Below, in pieces: positions 36,552 through 46,639 of a stretch of DNA of 64,000 nucleotides. The stretch comes from a virus (taxonomy: Duplodnaviria; Caudoviricetes): the IMG/VR virus record IMGVR_UViG_3300016744_000005, positions 52,369 through 116,368 of that record; one strand, 5' to 3'. Numbering within the stretch: the stretch's first letter is position 1; the number at the start of each line of letters is the position of its first letter. A program made the position numbers and the translations under genes. Under the pieces are notes generated by a model, which ran no database searches, had not been told where the DNA came from, and saw nothing but the letters and a program-made list of their open reading frames with translations.

Positions 36552-37469
36552 TTACAGGCTGTTTAATGGCTGGTCTGAGTCGTTAGCTGCCTCAGTGTCA
36601 TTTAAATTAGCTAAAGCTACGGCTTCCCAAGCCATTGGATTGATCTTACGCACATAATCTAGAATCAACTCTAACCGTAGTACGTCGTCCTCAGTACGTG
36701 ACAATGCAGTGATGCAGGCTTGCAGCGGAGACTCATGGAAATTCTCCAGTGCGGTTAATTGTCGTGCTCGCCACGTACCAGCATGATTACCAGTAACTAC
36801 TGCATATTGCATTGCTAGCGCATTACGTAAGGTATGTCCAGCAGCTTGTAATGTCAATTGTTCTTTTAATAGCGCCAGAATATGACGCGGTTGTACTACA
36901 ACATCTAAATCCGTAGCGATACAAAACTCCACTATACGTGTGAGTTCCTTTAAAGTCACTTCCAGCGGATAATCCAACAACCAGGTTTTTAACTGACTAT
37001 ACATACGAGTGTAGTCAGGTATTAACACCTGTGTATTCCACGACAACTCCGCCCAGTAATGTGGATACGGCTCAGTTTGAGTCATACCTACGATGGTTGG
37101 TTTAGATGGCCGTGCACTGACCCATCTGCGCGGTAGACCTGTGATGGGATTACGTTCTACGATTTCAGCGAGGAAATCCAAACCCCGACGCAGGGCGACG
37201 TCACCGCCTGCATCGTAGGACCGCCAGAATACTGCCCGTGTCAGACCTGTAGTAGGGTCCAGTGTCACGAGGTTAGCTAACTCTAGCAGCGTCGCTTTAC
37301 AGTGACGACATTCCATTACCTGTCGATCGGTCTCCGACAACAACGACTGAATATCCCACAAACCAGTATCACCACTGGTTTGCCACAGTAATTGTTGATG
37401 TCCAATGGCTGTCAGCTTAGCCGCCAATGTATCATACTGCATATCCAGTTGCGCTAATTTAAAACTCAT
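36552..37469 (-). CDS. Hypothetical helical protein
   Basis: 305 aa; AAGGAG RBS. Confidence 0.75.
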   Translation of the reverse strand: MSFKLAQLDMQYDTLAAKLTAIGHQQLLWQTSGDTGLWDIQSLLSETDRQVMECRHCKATLLELANLVTLDPTTGLTRAVFWRSYDAGGDVALRRGLDFLAEIVERNPITGLPRRWVSARPSKPTIVGMTQTEPYPHYWAELSWNTQVLIPDYTRMYSQLKTWLLDYPLEVTLKELTRIVEFCIATDLDVVVQPRHILALLKEQLTLQAAGHTLRNALAMQYAVVTGNHAGTWRARQLTALENFHESPLQACITALSRTEDDVLRLELILDYVRKINPMAWEAVALANLNDTEAANDSDQPLNSL

Positions 37470-37541
37470 CGATTCACTCCTTATTGTTACTTACCTAGAG
37501 ATTGCGCTGCGGCACGTCTCACTATAATACTAGCAACAGTA

Positions 37542-38036
37542 TTATTTAACCGGTCGCACTGGTTTGATATCACTGTAGAACCAAGTGACATTATCATCGA
37601 ATAACCAATCCGGTGCTTCTGGGTCAAACGCGTACCCAGGTTCGAAAGGTAAACATCCGTTCTTTTCGGACTGTAAAAAGACCTGTACAAATTCTGGATT
37701 TGGACACACGTCGCGATTAAATGCAAAATGCTGTGATGGCTCAGGCGTTTGAATTTTACGTACAGAGAAATAAAATGTGTGCCAATCATCGTCCTCAGGT
37801 AATTCATGGACACCTAACTTAGGATCTACACGCCACGCATCTAAAATGCGGTTCAATGTATACCCTGGCACACGTCCATCGAATAGGATACAAATATCTG
37901 CCAAGCCTAATTCACGAAAACCGATAGAATAGGCACCTTTACCAGGTACTTGTATCCAATACGGTTGCCCACGCGCTATACTATCCTGCATCTTGGTTAT
38001 TAACGCATTAATACGTTCTTGATATTCAGGTTTCAT
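37542..38036 (-). CDS. DUF4262-like protein
   Basis: AYSIG...G.ADI followed by QV.....G..P.EP pattern; AAGGAG RBS. Confidence 0.55.
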   Translation of the reverse strand: MKPEYQERINALITKMQDSIARGQPYWIQVPGKGAYSIGFRELGLADICILFDGRVPGYTLNRILDAWRVDPKLGVHELPEDDDWHTFYFSVRKIQTPEPSQHFAFNRDVCPNPEFVQVFLQSEKNGCLPFEPGYAFDPEAPDWLFDDNVTWFYSDIKPVRPVK

Positions 38037-38057
38037 GACGAACTCCTTTGTGAGTAA

Positions 38058-38411
38058 TTACTCGCAGTGTACTAATCTACGTGGTGTTAAACCATGTAGT
38101 GCTAATGACCACCCTACCGGTGGTGTATGATGTAATAACGCATCCGCAGGTATGTCGATCGGTGTAACACGTATACGATTATTAGGCCAGTTTAACTCCA
38201 TCTGATCCATAAAGGCTTTTCTGACAGCATTGATACGCATTGTAGGGTCATAATCAACGATGTAATATAAACCAGTAACTGACCAGTGGTAGACTGCGCG
38301 CGTAGCCACCACAGTTAATTCAGGTAAACTAAAGTACCGGTGTTTACGACCAGCACCATTAGCGGGTGTCCAACCATACACGTACTGATCAGTTAGTTTA
38401 ATGGCCGACAT
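38058..38411 (-). CDS. Hypothetical protein
   Basis: 117 aa; AAGGAG RBS. Confidence 0.7.
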   Translation of the reverse strand: MSAIKLTDQYVYGWTPANGAGRKHRYFSLPELTVVATRAVYHWSVTGLYYIVDYDPTMRINAVRKAFMDQMELNWPNNRIRVTPIDIPADALLHHTPPVGWSLALHGLTPRRLVHCE

Positions 38412-38413
38412 AA

Positions 38414-38704
38414 TTATCTCCTTTCAAAGATCCAGGCCTGTGTACTGTTACGCTCACCACCGATAAAAGTAATATAGGAGGCATTATAAAACGCCCCTAT
38501 ATGGCTCCCTAATACTTCGTAGATCAAACCGCGTGGCATTACCCCACAATCACCTGGTAATCGTAGAGTATCATCAGGATCTTGATTAGAGACGTCTAAC
38601 GCGGAGTCTTCAGATTGACAGATTACCTGTAATGGCTGCGATACAGCTGCTCGGACAGTAAATGACCACAGTAAAACATAAATTAATACTATAGTTTTTA
38701 ACAC
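38414..38704 (-). CDS. Small exported hypothetical protein
   Basis: Signal peptide ending VRA; two Cys; GTG start. Confidence 0.65.
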   Translation of the reverse strand: MLKTIVLIYVLLWSFTVRAAVSQPLQVICQSEDSALDVSNQDPDDTLRLPGDCGVMPRGLIYEVLGSHIGAFYNASYITFIGGERNSTQAWIFERR

Positions 38705-38715
38705 GATAATGTCCC

Positions 38716-39273
38716 CTAGACTATATAGTTTACGTTAGTGGGCACTAATCCAGCTATTGCTAGCAATGGCATATGCTCCAATGTTACATTTTGGATCAAT
38801 TCTGCCGTGGTTTTATATTCCAGTGGCTTTAGATCCTCATCGGTGAGTATCACCCATGCCCCAGTAATAGTTTGGATTAATGCGGTGTCACGATGTGATG
38901 CGATCACATACCCGATGATATGATAAACATCGTATCCAGCACTAACTGTATATCGCTTATTCAGCAGGGCCTTTTCGATAGTATCCCGATCTGGAATATC
39001 ACAGATGGACAGATGTGTTAACAATGACTGTATGGTTTCAAACGTACGCACATATTTATCATCCGCACCACCAAATTGTTTAATCATTAGTGTGTATGGA
39101 CATGCATCACCGGCGTTATAATAAACATGTAGATGATATCTATCGTTAAATTTACCGCTACCTGTAAACGATCCGGTGAAATCGTACAACTTTTTCATAC
39201 CACTCTTTTGACATTTTAGGTCATCTAAGAAACTATCCATCAAAATCGTAAAACTATCTTTTTCAATAGCCAT
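38716..39273 (-). CDS. Hypothetical protein; start revised to 39273 (MAIEK)
   Basis: AAGGAG RBS; the longer start lies inside a palindrome. Confidence 0.7.
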   Translation of the reverse strand: MAIEKDSFTILMDSFLDDLKCQKSGMKKLYDFTGSFTGSGKFNDRYHLHVYYNAGDACPYTLMIKQFGGADDKYVRTFETIQSLLTHLSICDIPDRDTIEKALLNKRYTVSAGYDVYHIIGYVIASHRDTALIQTITGAWVILTDEDLKPLEYKTTAELIQNVTLEHMPLLAIAGLVPTNVNYIV

Positions 39274-39292
39274 GTTAAAATGCTCCTTAGTG

Positions 39293-39322
39293 GTAGTACA
39301 GTGGCACATGCCACTGTACTAC
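39293..39322. terminator. Palindrome with 14-bp arms
   Basis: gtagtacagtggca-ca-tgccactgtactac. Confidence 0.6.
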
Positions 39323-39328
39323 TGGTGA

Positions 39329-39913
39329 TTATAAATAGTCGTTTACAGATACTGCTTCTAACTCGCCTTGTAATCCAAAACGATTGTACAGTAATTCTTG
39401 AATTACATAACGATCATCATCGGCCAGACTGTATTTCAATTGCTGGTAGTTTGCCGCGACGAGTGGGAATGCATGCTCGTTTTTGTACAATAATGCACCA
39501 TTGTACGCCTGATATAACGCTACGGTACGATTACCGCAGAGATGTACCAGTTTATCGGTAAATCGATAGTCCTGAATTATCACATGTCGATCAATAGGGA
39601 AATAGTTTTGCATAAAAGTAACACAACCATCTAAGAGCTCTTTAGGCTGAGTTAATCCAGCGATCGTCACTGCCACACCATCCAGAGTCAACTCCATATA
39701 CTGAGTTACATCAATAACTTGTGTCTCAGGATTCCAATGACCTACCCAGAGATCATACTGCAGGTTTTCCCGCAATGCGAGCCACAGCTGATCGTAATCT
39801 TCTGGATTTTCAATAGTACCACATTGAATCCAGTTATTGATACAAGTAATCGCATCGGCATGGTATTCATTACACAACCATTCCGTCATTTCAGAGTAGA
39901 ATTTAAAAGCCAT
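39329..39913 (-). CDS. Hypothetical protein
   Basis: 194 aa; AAGGAG RBS. Confidence 0.75.
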   Translation of the reverse strand: MAFKFYSEMTEWLCNEYHADAITCINNWIQCGTIENPEDYDQLWLALRENLQYDLWVGHWNPETQVIDVTQYMELTLDGVAVTIAGLTQPKELLDGCVTFMQNYFPIDRHVIIQDYRFTDKLVHLCGNRTVALYQAYNGALLYKNEHAFPLVAANYQQLKYSLADDDRYVIQELLYNRFGLQGELEAVSVNDYL

Positions 39914-39928
39914 GGTATTACTCCTTCA

Positions 39929-39940
39929 GTAATATATATT
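39929..39940 (-). promoter_or_regulatory. Early promoter-like motif
   Basis: AATATATATTAC, exact TATATTAC core, very close to the RBS. Confidence 0.45.
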
Positions 39941-39961
39941 TTCAGATTGATCGACTAAAGC

Positions 39962-40606
39962 CTAAGACAGTGGTAACAGCGTGTTTTGTACTCGTAAATG
40001 TTCGAGTAGTACCGCTACTGCTTCGTTTAAAGTGGGCTGCTCTATAGTAGTACCGTCGTGGTATCGCACGTGTGTAGTCACACCGTCATATTCAATAATG
40101 GGTATCTGGACACCATTCCAGGTACGAATATGCCAACCTGTCCAACCATGGAGAACTTTCGTCAGTTCTAAACCTAGATTAGGAATAGAATCTAATAGCG
40201 TTAAATGTGGAATAAATAATTCCGACGCGGTAACCAATGTCAATTCTGGTAACGTTGCACGAAAACGTTTAAATGCTACCAGTAATCCTTCCGTAACTGC
40301 ACGGTGATCTGTACCATTAACCAGATCTAATAATGTTTTAGTAGCTGACTGTTCAGTAGTAATACTACGTTTGCGTACATTTACTGCCTGTTTACAAGCT
40401 ATTTTAAACCAACCTCGCCAGTAGCTATAATTCATTTTAATATCAATGGTATCTACTAGATATTCGTATTCCTGACGATGTATATGTTCATCCACACCCC
40501 ACGTCAAACTATCACGTACAGGTAATATAGCTTTGAGATCACGTAGTGGCTGGAGAGTCCGTGCCAATACCGTAATCTGTGCCAGATCATTAGCGATGTT
40601 TTCCAT
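39962..40606 (-). CDS. Hypothetical protein
   Basis: 214 aa; AAGGAG RBS. Confidence 0.75.
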   Translation of the reverse strand: MENIANDLAQITVLARTLQPLRDLKAILPVRDSLTWGVDEHIHRQEYEYLVDTIDIKMNYSYWRGWFKIACKQAVNVRKRSITTEQSATKTLLDLVNGTDHRAVTEGLLVAFKRFRATLPELTLVTASELFIPHLTLLDSIPNLGLELTKVLHGWTGWHIRTWNGVQIPIIEYDGVTTHVRYHDGTTIEQPTLNEAVAVLLEHLRVQNTLLPLS

Positions 40607-40701
40607 TAACTTACTCCTTATAGTGTCACATCGTGTATTTTTACTGTACTACACCGACGTCATCTACGATCGCTGGTTGTGCACGCATTATAAACATCAT
40701 G

Positions 40702-41034
40702 TCACCACAATTGATGACTACTGTAATAATAACGCGGTATAGCTGCTGGGTCCATTCGGATAATACCCACTATCGTATCCAATTGATCACCCGTAAACAC
40801 GCCGTGCGATAATTCACTCAAATACTGCTTAGGCATAGCTACATCAGTAGTACCTTTTACCCGCATTACTAAGGCCATATCGCGATCAGTCTCGACTTCG
40901 TGATTAATGTTGGAGATCATTATATCGAATAACCACCCGTCTCTAGTACGAATGTGGTGTACTTGCAATTGCCCTGCGGCAGCCTGTATCACATCATTGC
41001 TTATGGCCAGTAAGAAGTCGCCAGATTTTTTCAT
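40702..41034 (-). CDS. Hypothetical protein (3' end possibly frameshifted)
   Basis: 110 aa; AAGGA RBS. Confidence 0.65.
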   Translation of the reverse strand: MKKSGDFLLAISNDVIQAAAGQLQVHHIRTRDGWLFDIMISNINHEVETDRDMALVMRVKGTTDVAMPKQYLSELSHGVFTGDQLDTIVGIIRMDPAAIPRYYYSSHQLW

Positions 41035-41063
41035 GGTAAAGTATCCTTATATTTTAAACGCTA

Positions 41064-41093
41064 TTATCCAGGTAGCGATCGCTACCTGGATAA
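41064..41093. terminator. 30-bp perfect palindrome
   Basis: ttatccaggtagcga|tcgctacctggataa. Confidence 0.7.
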
Positions 41094-41105
41094 CCAGACC
41101 TAAAC

Positions 41106-42824
41106 TTACTCGATATCACGCAGACAGTAATGACGGATACAATCCTCAAACTCCACCTGCACTACCCGCTGGTCTTTCAACTCAAAGCCAGTGACGATCT
41201 CACCGTTTTGCTGCACGAAGTGCTTTTCAAACACCAGGTCCAGCGCACGGCGCACCCCGTAGAATTTCGAGGACAACACACCTCCCATGGAATTCAGTCT
41301 GGTTTCGTTCAGATGACGATCGTTACCTTTTACCAGTAACGCCCAGCGACCATTCGCAATTGGTAACAACGATTTACCATCAGCCAGTGTCCATGGCATG
41401 GTAGTAAACCCAACTACTTCTGCATATCCGGAAGACACATTGATGTCAAATGCATCATACGACACCCGCTCCTGTGATACTAACGTCATTTCACGACGAG
41501 GATTTTCAGGAGTATCCCATACCAGCACTGGTGGAGTATCAGCTGCCACTGGCACTGAGAACACGTAGATGTAATCACCTAAACGATTGTACGGGATTGA
41601 CATCCCTACTGCTTTCGGTACGATGTCAGTGCGGAACTTCGTGATCGTGATCTCTTTGACTTCTGAGAACACCTCTTTCGTAGGGTCTACTGGTTTCGCT
41701 TTCGCAGCCAATGCCTGATCAAATGGGTTATCAGATTCTACTGGAGCAGCTGCTTTAACAGCAGGTGTCCAAATTACTGGTAGGTCGGCCAGACTGGCAA
41801 AACGATGGATAAACGACGGTAAACATTGTTCTTCATCAAACAACGCCTTAGCCAGTTTGATCTCCTGTTCAGTCGCTTTCTGCGCTTCACGGGCACGGAA
41901 CTTCAGTGGATCAATCTGACGGAAGTAGTTGTTAAAAACAGTTTCCCCGTCTACATCATCCAGTAGAGATTTCAGTGTATTGCCCAACACACTTCCATTG
42001 AAATGCTCCATCTCATGCAACGCAGCGAGTTTACCATCGCGGCAATGCGCTGCAAACGCACCGTGGATAGCGTTCACTACCACAGGGATAGTCATTTCAT
42101 TTACAGGTTGTGCAGGATCGATATGCAACAGTGTCAGCTGGTCGACTAACCATTGCCACATCTGCGTGACATTCTGCAGTGTACGCAGGTGAGTTTCAGG
42201 GAAACCTTTGTCACCCTCAGCACGTAACACCAAAGACTTAGCGGCGCTGGCTACATCCAATGGTGTATTACCACGGGTATATGTAACTAAAATGGAGTTT
42301 ACTACTGACCGATGTTTATTGGCCAATGACTTAGGCATCAGCTGCTTAAAATCAGCGTAGAAATGATTCCACTGTCCCGTAGTTTGTACCCCGATACGAT
42401 TATCCCGGTTGTATTTACCGACTACTGACGTGTTATCAAACACACCAATAATCACGCCGGTTTCTACTTTACGAGCGATACGATTGTAGGCTTCACGTGC
42501 CTCAGTATCATCCGTGGGGTAATCACGCCAGAACACTGACACAGGACGACCAGTAGTAGGTTCGATATATACCAGATTACCGACACGTTTAAAGAACTCG
42601 GCACAGCATCGGCAATTGAACATACGTTGTGCATCGATATTTAGAGGCGCAATAAAATCCGCCAGTCCTACCACCACATCAGTTTCGAAAAACACATGCT
42701 GTGCGGCCAACGCAGCGATGCGATCAGCGATCACCTGATAACGGTTATCCACCGTACTAGCGGACAGTCCACCAGTTACTACTACTTGACTTAAATCTAA
42801 AGGTTGGATATCGGATGTAGACAT
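41106..42824 (-). CDS. Conserved large-phage protein with C-x-C-C motif, function unknown
   Basis: 572 aa; FNCRCCAEFF..VG.LV, W.HF, DPL.F and P.L.WD..E motifs recalled from a family in large phages; AAGGAG RBS. Confidence 0.7.
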   Translation of the reverse strand: MSTSDIQPLDLSQVVVTGGLSASTVDNRYQVIADRIAALAAQHVFFETDVVVGLADFIAPLNIDAQRMFNCRCCAEFFKRVGNLVYIEPTTGRPVSVFWRDYPTDDTEAREAYNRIARKVETGVIIGVFDNTSVVGKYNRDNRIGVQTTGQWNHFYADFKQLMPKSLANKHRSVVNSILVTYTRGNTPLDVASAAKSLVLRAEGDKGFPETHLRTLQNVTQMWQWLVDQLTLLHIDPAQPVNEMTIPVVVNAIHGAFAAHCRDGKLAALHEMEHFNGSVLGNTLKSLLDDVDGETVFNNYFRQIDPLKFRAREAQKATEQEIKLAKALFDEEQCLPSFIHRFASLADLPVIWTPAVKAAAPVESDNPFDQALAAKAKPVDPTKEVFSEVKEITITKFRTDIVPKAVGMSIPYNRLGDYIYVFSVPVAADTPPVLVWDTPENPRREMTLVSQERVSYDAFDINVSSGYAEVVGFTTMPWTLADGKSLLPIANGRWALLVKGNDRHLNETRLNSMGGVLSSKFYGVRRALDLVFEKHFVQQNGEIVTGFELKDQRVVQVEFEDCIRHYCLRDIE

Positions 42825-42851
42825 GTATTAACTCCTTGCTTAAAAATAAAT

Positions 42852-42871
42852 AGTAGGGTGCGGACCCTACT
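42852..42871 (-). terminator. Intrinsic terminator after dut
   Basis: agtagggt / accctact stem then atttattttt. Confidence 0.65.
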
Positions 42872-42885
42872 TTAATAAATAACGA

Positions 42886-43371
42886 TTAATGACGACCTGA
42901 ACTACCAAACCCACCAGCTCCACGCTCGGACGAGTCTGAGAACTCAGTAACTTCGTTTAACGCTACACGCAGGATTGGTACGAATTCAATCTGTGCGATG
43001 CGTTCACCTACCGCGATAGTATACGGTTTATCTGAGCGGTTCCATACAGATACAAACAACTGTCCCTGATAATCAGAGTCAATTTCACCCACCAGATTAC
43101 CCAGTACGATACCGTGTTTATGACCTAGGCCAGAGCGCGGCAAGATATGTGCTGCCATATACGGAGTTGGCATATTAATAGCCACGCCAGTAGGTACCAG
43201 TTTTACAGCACCTGGGGCAATCTCCTCCGGTAAGTCAATAGCAGCGCGCAGATCCATAGCGGCTGCATCAGGAGTAGCGTACGCCAGTTTCTGGAAGTCC
43301 AGGTCTGTAGGATCGTTATAACGTGGGTCCAGATAGATTACTTCAACAGCAGGGTTTTTACAGCAAGACAT
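42886..43371 (-). CDS. dut: Trimeric dUTPase
   Basis: [34 protein letters not shown]; enterobacterial-like [12 protein letters not shown]. Confidence 0.96.
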   Translation of the reverse strand: MSCCKNPAVEVIYLDPRYNDPTDLDFQKLAYATPDAAAMDLRAAIDLPEEIAPGAVKLVPTGVAINMPTPYMAAHILPRSGLGHKHGIVLGNLVGEIDSDYQGQLFVSVWNRSDKPYTIAVGERIAQIEFVPILRVALNEVTEFSDSSERGAGGFGSSGRH

Positions 43372-43748
43372 TAATACACCTCGATTAATTTAGCGATAAT
43401 ACGAGCGAGTTTAGTTTCGCTCTCCAAATCCAGTGGAGTGGTTAAACTACACCGGGTTGATAGATAGGTAAAGTCGATCTTAGTACTATTGTACGTCAAA
43501 TACCCAGGATAAACATTAAAGGTCCGACCATCGGTCGTAAACTCAAAGTTCAGCTGTAGGTTCTTATATCGTACGGTGGTATAAACATCGTTACTTTTAC
43601 CCCGTGGACGTACGTCAGTTTGAATATGCACGTCTGGGGTTAATAACCTTTTCACATCATCAAAACTACTATTATGTTTAGCCGATATCGACTGTACACG
43701 TAAATGTAGTTCTGCGAGATGAGCTTTTAACGATAAATTACTGTACAC
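43371..43748 (-). CDS. Hypothetical protein
   Basis: 125 aa; GTG start with GGAG; TAATG coupling to dut. Confidence 0.65.
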   Translation of the reverse strand: MYSNLSLKAHLAELHLRVQSISAKHNSSFDDVKRLLTPDVHIQTDVRPRGKSNDVYTTVRYKNLQLNFEFTTDGRTFNVYPGYLTYNSTKIDFTYLSTRCSLTTPLDLESETKLARIIAKLIEVY

Positions 43749-43758
43749 TAGAGTCTCC

Positions 43759-44205
43759 TTACGCCGCGTCTTCGAGTGCAGCTAAGCTACCGTCAGCATC
43801 CCGTAGCCCTTTGAGGAAATCCATTAGATATGGATTATTCAGATGCATACGTTGGGTCTCGTAGGGTTGCTGTGGCTGTTTAGTGATACGATCTACAGTA
43901 TCACTTTTAATCGTGATCGCAGTACGTGGCACTACATGAATCGCCATACCATCCACCATACGCCCAGTATCGATACCGAGCTTAACCAGCGTACTTACTT
44001 CATGGGTAGGTAAATGGCGTTGTACTGAATCTGGGAACACCAGCATCTCAGTATGGGTTACACCATCAATAACTACTGTGTGGCTAATAAATACCACACG
44101 GTCTACTAACCAATTGTCAGTAGGGATAGTTTTGATTTTCAATTGTCCATCAGGAGTATTGACATTAGTACTCCGCAGAGTACCTAATAATAATTCTGTT
44201 TGCAT
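43759..44205 (-). CDS. Hypothetical protein
   Basis: 148 aa; AAGGAG RBS. Confidence 0.75.
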   Translation of the reverse strand: MQTELLLGTLRSTNVNTPDGQLKIKTIPTDNWLVDRVVFISHTVVIDGVTHTEMLVFPDSVQRHLPTHEVSTLVKLGIDTGRMVDGMAIHVVPRTAITIKSDTVDRITKQPQQPYETQRMHLNNPYLMDFLKGLRDADGSLAALEDAA

Positions 44206-44232
44206 GATATAGCTCCTTTAATTAATGCAGGG

Positions 44233-44583
44233 TTACGCTGACCCTGCTAACAGTTCATATACGAAATCAGTGCTATCTACTGCTACACCATTAGTAGTTT
44301 GGGTAGCAGTTACCGCCATAGTACCGTCTTCATTTTTACTTAAGTTAAAACGCACACCGGTGTGTTCTACGATTTTACCGACACCGAATTTGTTTTTCAC
44401 TTTCGCTTTAAACTTACGATAGACCGAGTCTTCCATCGAATCTTTATTCAGATCATCGCTAGTTTCGAAGAAATGCGCTGCATTACGAAACACTGCTACC
44501 GCGACTTTGTGTGGTGCATCTTTCACTACGTAAAAGGTATAGCGATTTGGTTTTTGACCATGTACGATTGATTGTAATTCCAT
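44233..44583 (-). CDS. Hypothetical protein
   Basis: 116 aa; GAGG RBS. Confidence 0.75.
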   Translation of the reverse strand: MELQSIVHGQKPNRYTFYVVKDAPHKVAVAVFRNAAHFFETSDDLNKDSMEDSVYRKFKAKVKNKFGVGKIVEHTGVRFNLSKNEDGTMAVTATQTTNGVAVDSTDFVYELLAGSA

Positions 44584-44674
44584 AATAACCTCGTGTTGGA
44601 GTTATAAATATATTTACCTTAAATACACATGTTTAGGTGTTACATATAGTAACATCTATGAATTATTTTTAACA

Positions 44675-44917
44675 TTAGACCGATACGGTTACTTCACTGA
44701 TCCATGGCGTATGCCGAAGACAGTAGTCTAAGCCACGGGTGCACAAGCACATCACGTAGCCTATTATTAATCCACCACCACCGATGATAGCAGATCCATC
44801 TACTTCACCAAACTGAGGCACATCCATTGCATCCAGCAGCATAATAGATACGCCACCAATCGCCAGTAACCAGCCAGTGATTTGTAGTAAACGAGAGATG
44901 ATATAAATTACATGCAT
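44675..44917 (-). CDS. Two-TM small membrane protein
   Basis: Two hydrophobic segments; AAGGAG RBS. Confidence 0.7.
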   Translation of the reverse strand: MHVIYIISRLLQITGWLLAIGGVSIMLLDAMDVPQFGEVDGSAIIGGGGLIIGYVMCLCTRGLDYCLRHTPWISEVTVSV

Positions 44918-44928
44918 GATATTACTCC

Positions 44929-45453
44929 TTATTTTAATTCGATGATAGTTTCAATACCACATTGGGTATATAACTCTTTAGCGGCTGCACTCCAACCAAA
45001 GAACTCAATTACACTCAATTGCATTCTTGCATATGACGTATTTTCCATATGTTTCCAGTCAAAACGCCCAGCTGCATTAGTAATAGTTGTGATAAGATTG
45101 CCTTGTGTAGTAATCCATATCGTATATTTACATTTAGTACACGGGTCGTCTACTGTCGCTAACTGCATTCCAGAGAATGATAGATCCGGTCCATCTGGAT
45201 TAATGAGCCGTTGTTGCAACTCATATTCTATCTGGTCACAAAACTCCAGTGCATCACGCATATCGCGATTTACTAGCCAATCTACCAGCCCAATAAACCC
45301 ACCTTCTATACTACCGCTTTCAAACACTGGCACATCTGCGGGTATATTAGGCATAGTTAAATCTACCTGACAATTACCATTAGTTAGCATCTTTATAGCC
45401 AGCTGATAGCCTAATGCCTCATGATTGAAATCTAACTGTTTAATAATACGCAT
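44929..45453 (-). CDS. Hypothetical protein
   Basis: 174 aa; AAGGAG RBS. Confidence 0.75.
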   Translation of the reverse strand: MRIIKQLDFNHEALGYQLAIKMLTNGNCQVDLTMPNIPADVPVFESGSIEGGFIGLVDWLVNRDMRDALEFCDQIEYELQQRLINPDGPDLSFSGMQLATVDDPCTKCKYTIWITTQGNLITTITNAAGRFDWKHMENTSYARMQLSVIEFFGWSAAAKELYTQCGIETIIELK

Positions 45454-45483
45454 ATAGTACTCCTTGTTAATTAAACTAATATT

Positions 45484-45762
45484 TTACAACAACTCAGCTT
45501 GGATTAAAGTATTACGGTACCGATCGATACTCTGTCGTAATATTTTTAATACTGTAGCACATACACGACGGGCTACTGCGGAAGTCTCTTCTACCACAAA
45601 ACAGCTGTAATCGTCATATTCAGATTCCATCTCGGCTAATATAGCCCTTAATGACTCACGATTACTTATTGCGGTGTGTGTATTTACCTGCCATTCTAAA
45701 TCAGCTATTTTAGCAGCTAAATCGGTGTTGTAATTCATAATCAGACTATGTAAACTAGCCAT
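45484..45762 (-). CDS. Hypothetical helical protein
   Basis: 92 aa; GAGG RBS; first gene after an early-type motif. Confidence 0.7.
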   Translation of the reverse strand: MASLHSLIMNYNTDLAAKIADLEWQVNTHTAISNRESLRAILAEMESEYDDYSCFVVEETSAVARRVCATVLKILRQSIDRYRNTLIQAELL

Positions 45763-45797
45763 GTTAATTTACCTCGTTGATAGTAGACAGCATAAAG

Positions 45798-45827
45798 GGT
45801 AATAGACAGCTTTCGCCATCTACTACC
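45798..45827 (-). terminator. GAAA-tetraloop hairpin (terminator or 5' stem)
   Basis: ggtagtagatggc-GAAA-gctgtctattacc then ctttatgctgt. Confidence 0.65.
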
Positions 45828-45828
45828 G

Positions 45829-45853
45829 AATAATATATATCTGAGTTTACTTT
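45829..45853 (-). promoter_or_regulatory. Early promoter-like motif
   Basis: AAAGTAAACTCAGATATATATTATT. Confidence 0.7.
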
Positions 45854-45856
45854 AGC

Positions 45857-46285
45857 TCAAGCCATCGCCGGATGTGTTATTTTGTAACGTCCTAAAAACA
45901 GGTACTCACCTCCCACCGTGATATATTGGGCGATATCACGTATAGGACAGTTTAATCCATTGGCAGCATCTTCGAGATTACCAGTCGACCACGAGTTCTT
46001 GGTATCGACGGTGTCAATCACGTGCAGTAGATTATGCGCTACTGAGATATTTAAGGCTTTACGAACGCGGTTAGCTGCGTAGTGTATTTGTCTGGCTTTG
46101 TTTTCTGGTGAGACGCGGATCTTCGCGATCTCAAAACGACTAATGGTATAGTCGATCTCTTTTAAAGCGACTTTCCCTTCACTGGATAATCGCAATAAAT
46201 AAATGAGATTAACGATCTCCGGTATAAATGGGTTAGTTACATATTCATCAACTAACACTCGTAACTCGTTGTGAGTGATTGGCAT
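45857..46285 (-). CDS. Putative DNA-binding protein with NUMOD1-like C-terminal HTH
   Basis: C-terminal LEDAANGLNC...IAQYI.....LFLGRYKI pattern; AAGGAG RBS. Confidence 0.45.
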   Translation of the reverse strand: MPITHNELRVLVDEYVTNPFIPEIVNLIYLLRLSSEGKVALKEIDYTISRFEIAKIRVSPENKARQIHYAANRVRKALNISVAHNLLHVIDTVDTKNSWSTGNLEDAANGLNCPIRDIAQYITVGGEYLFLGRYKITHPAMA

Positions 46286-46590
46286 AAACTAACTCCTTTA
46301 GGGAATACAGAGAATCCTAGTAGTATTAACTGGTTATCTACAGCAGTTGATATTGGATGAAGTTCAAAAAGATCGGGTAGATCGACAGCCGTATAGTCTA
46401 CATCTACTGACCATAGGTATGGGTTAATAGGATCAGGTCGAATAGCTTTTACAGTACCCATGACCCCATCGTCTGGTTTATAATGTTCGGTTATCGCGTG
46501 CGCATTTATTTTAGTATGGTACCACACATACATATCGTAACTTAAATCGTAGTCAAAGCCAGTAATCATTGATACTTCGTACGTAAACAT
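46252..46590 (-). CDS. Hypothetical protein
   Basis: 112 aa; 34-nt overlap with the next gene. Confidence 0.6.
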   Translation of the reverse strand: MFTYEVSMITGFDYDLSYDMYVWYHTKINAHAITEHYKPDDGVMGTVKAIRPDPINPYLWSVDVDYTAVDLPDLFELHPISTAVDNQLILLGFSVFPKGVSLCQSLTTSYEC

Positions 46591-46639
46591 AGCTAACCCC
46601 GTGATTTATATAGACTCACAGGATTAGCTACCATTTTAC

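Noticed and set aside
44595-44670. Additional early promoter before 44233-44583
   Set aside because: AT-rich with AAAAATAATT and a hairpin, but it lacks the ATATATTA core; too degenerate to call
45857-46285. Homing endonuclease
   Set aside because: Only a NUMOD1-like tail; no HNH or GIY-YIG motif
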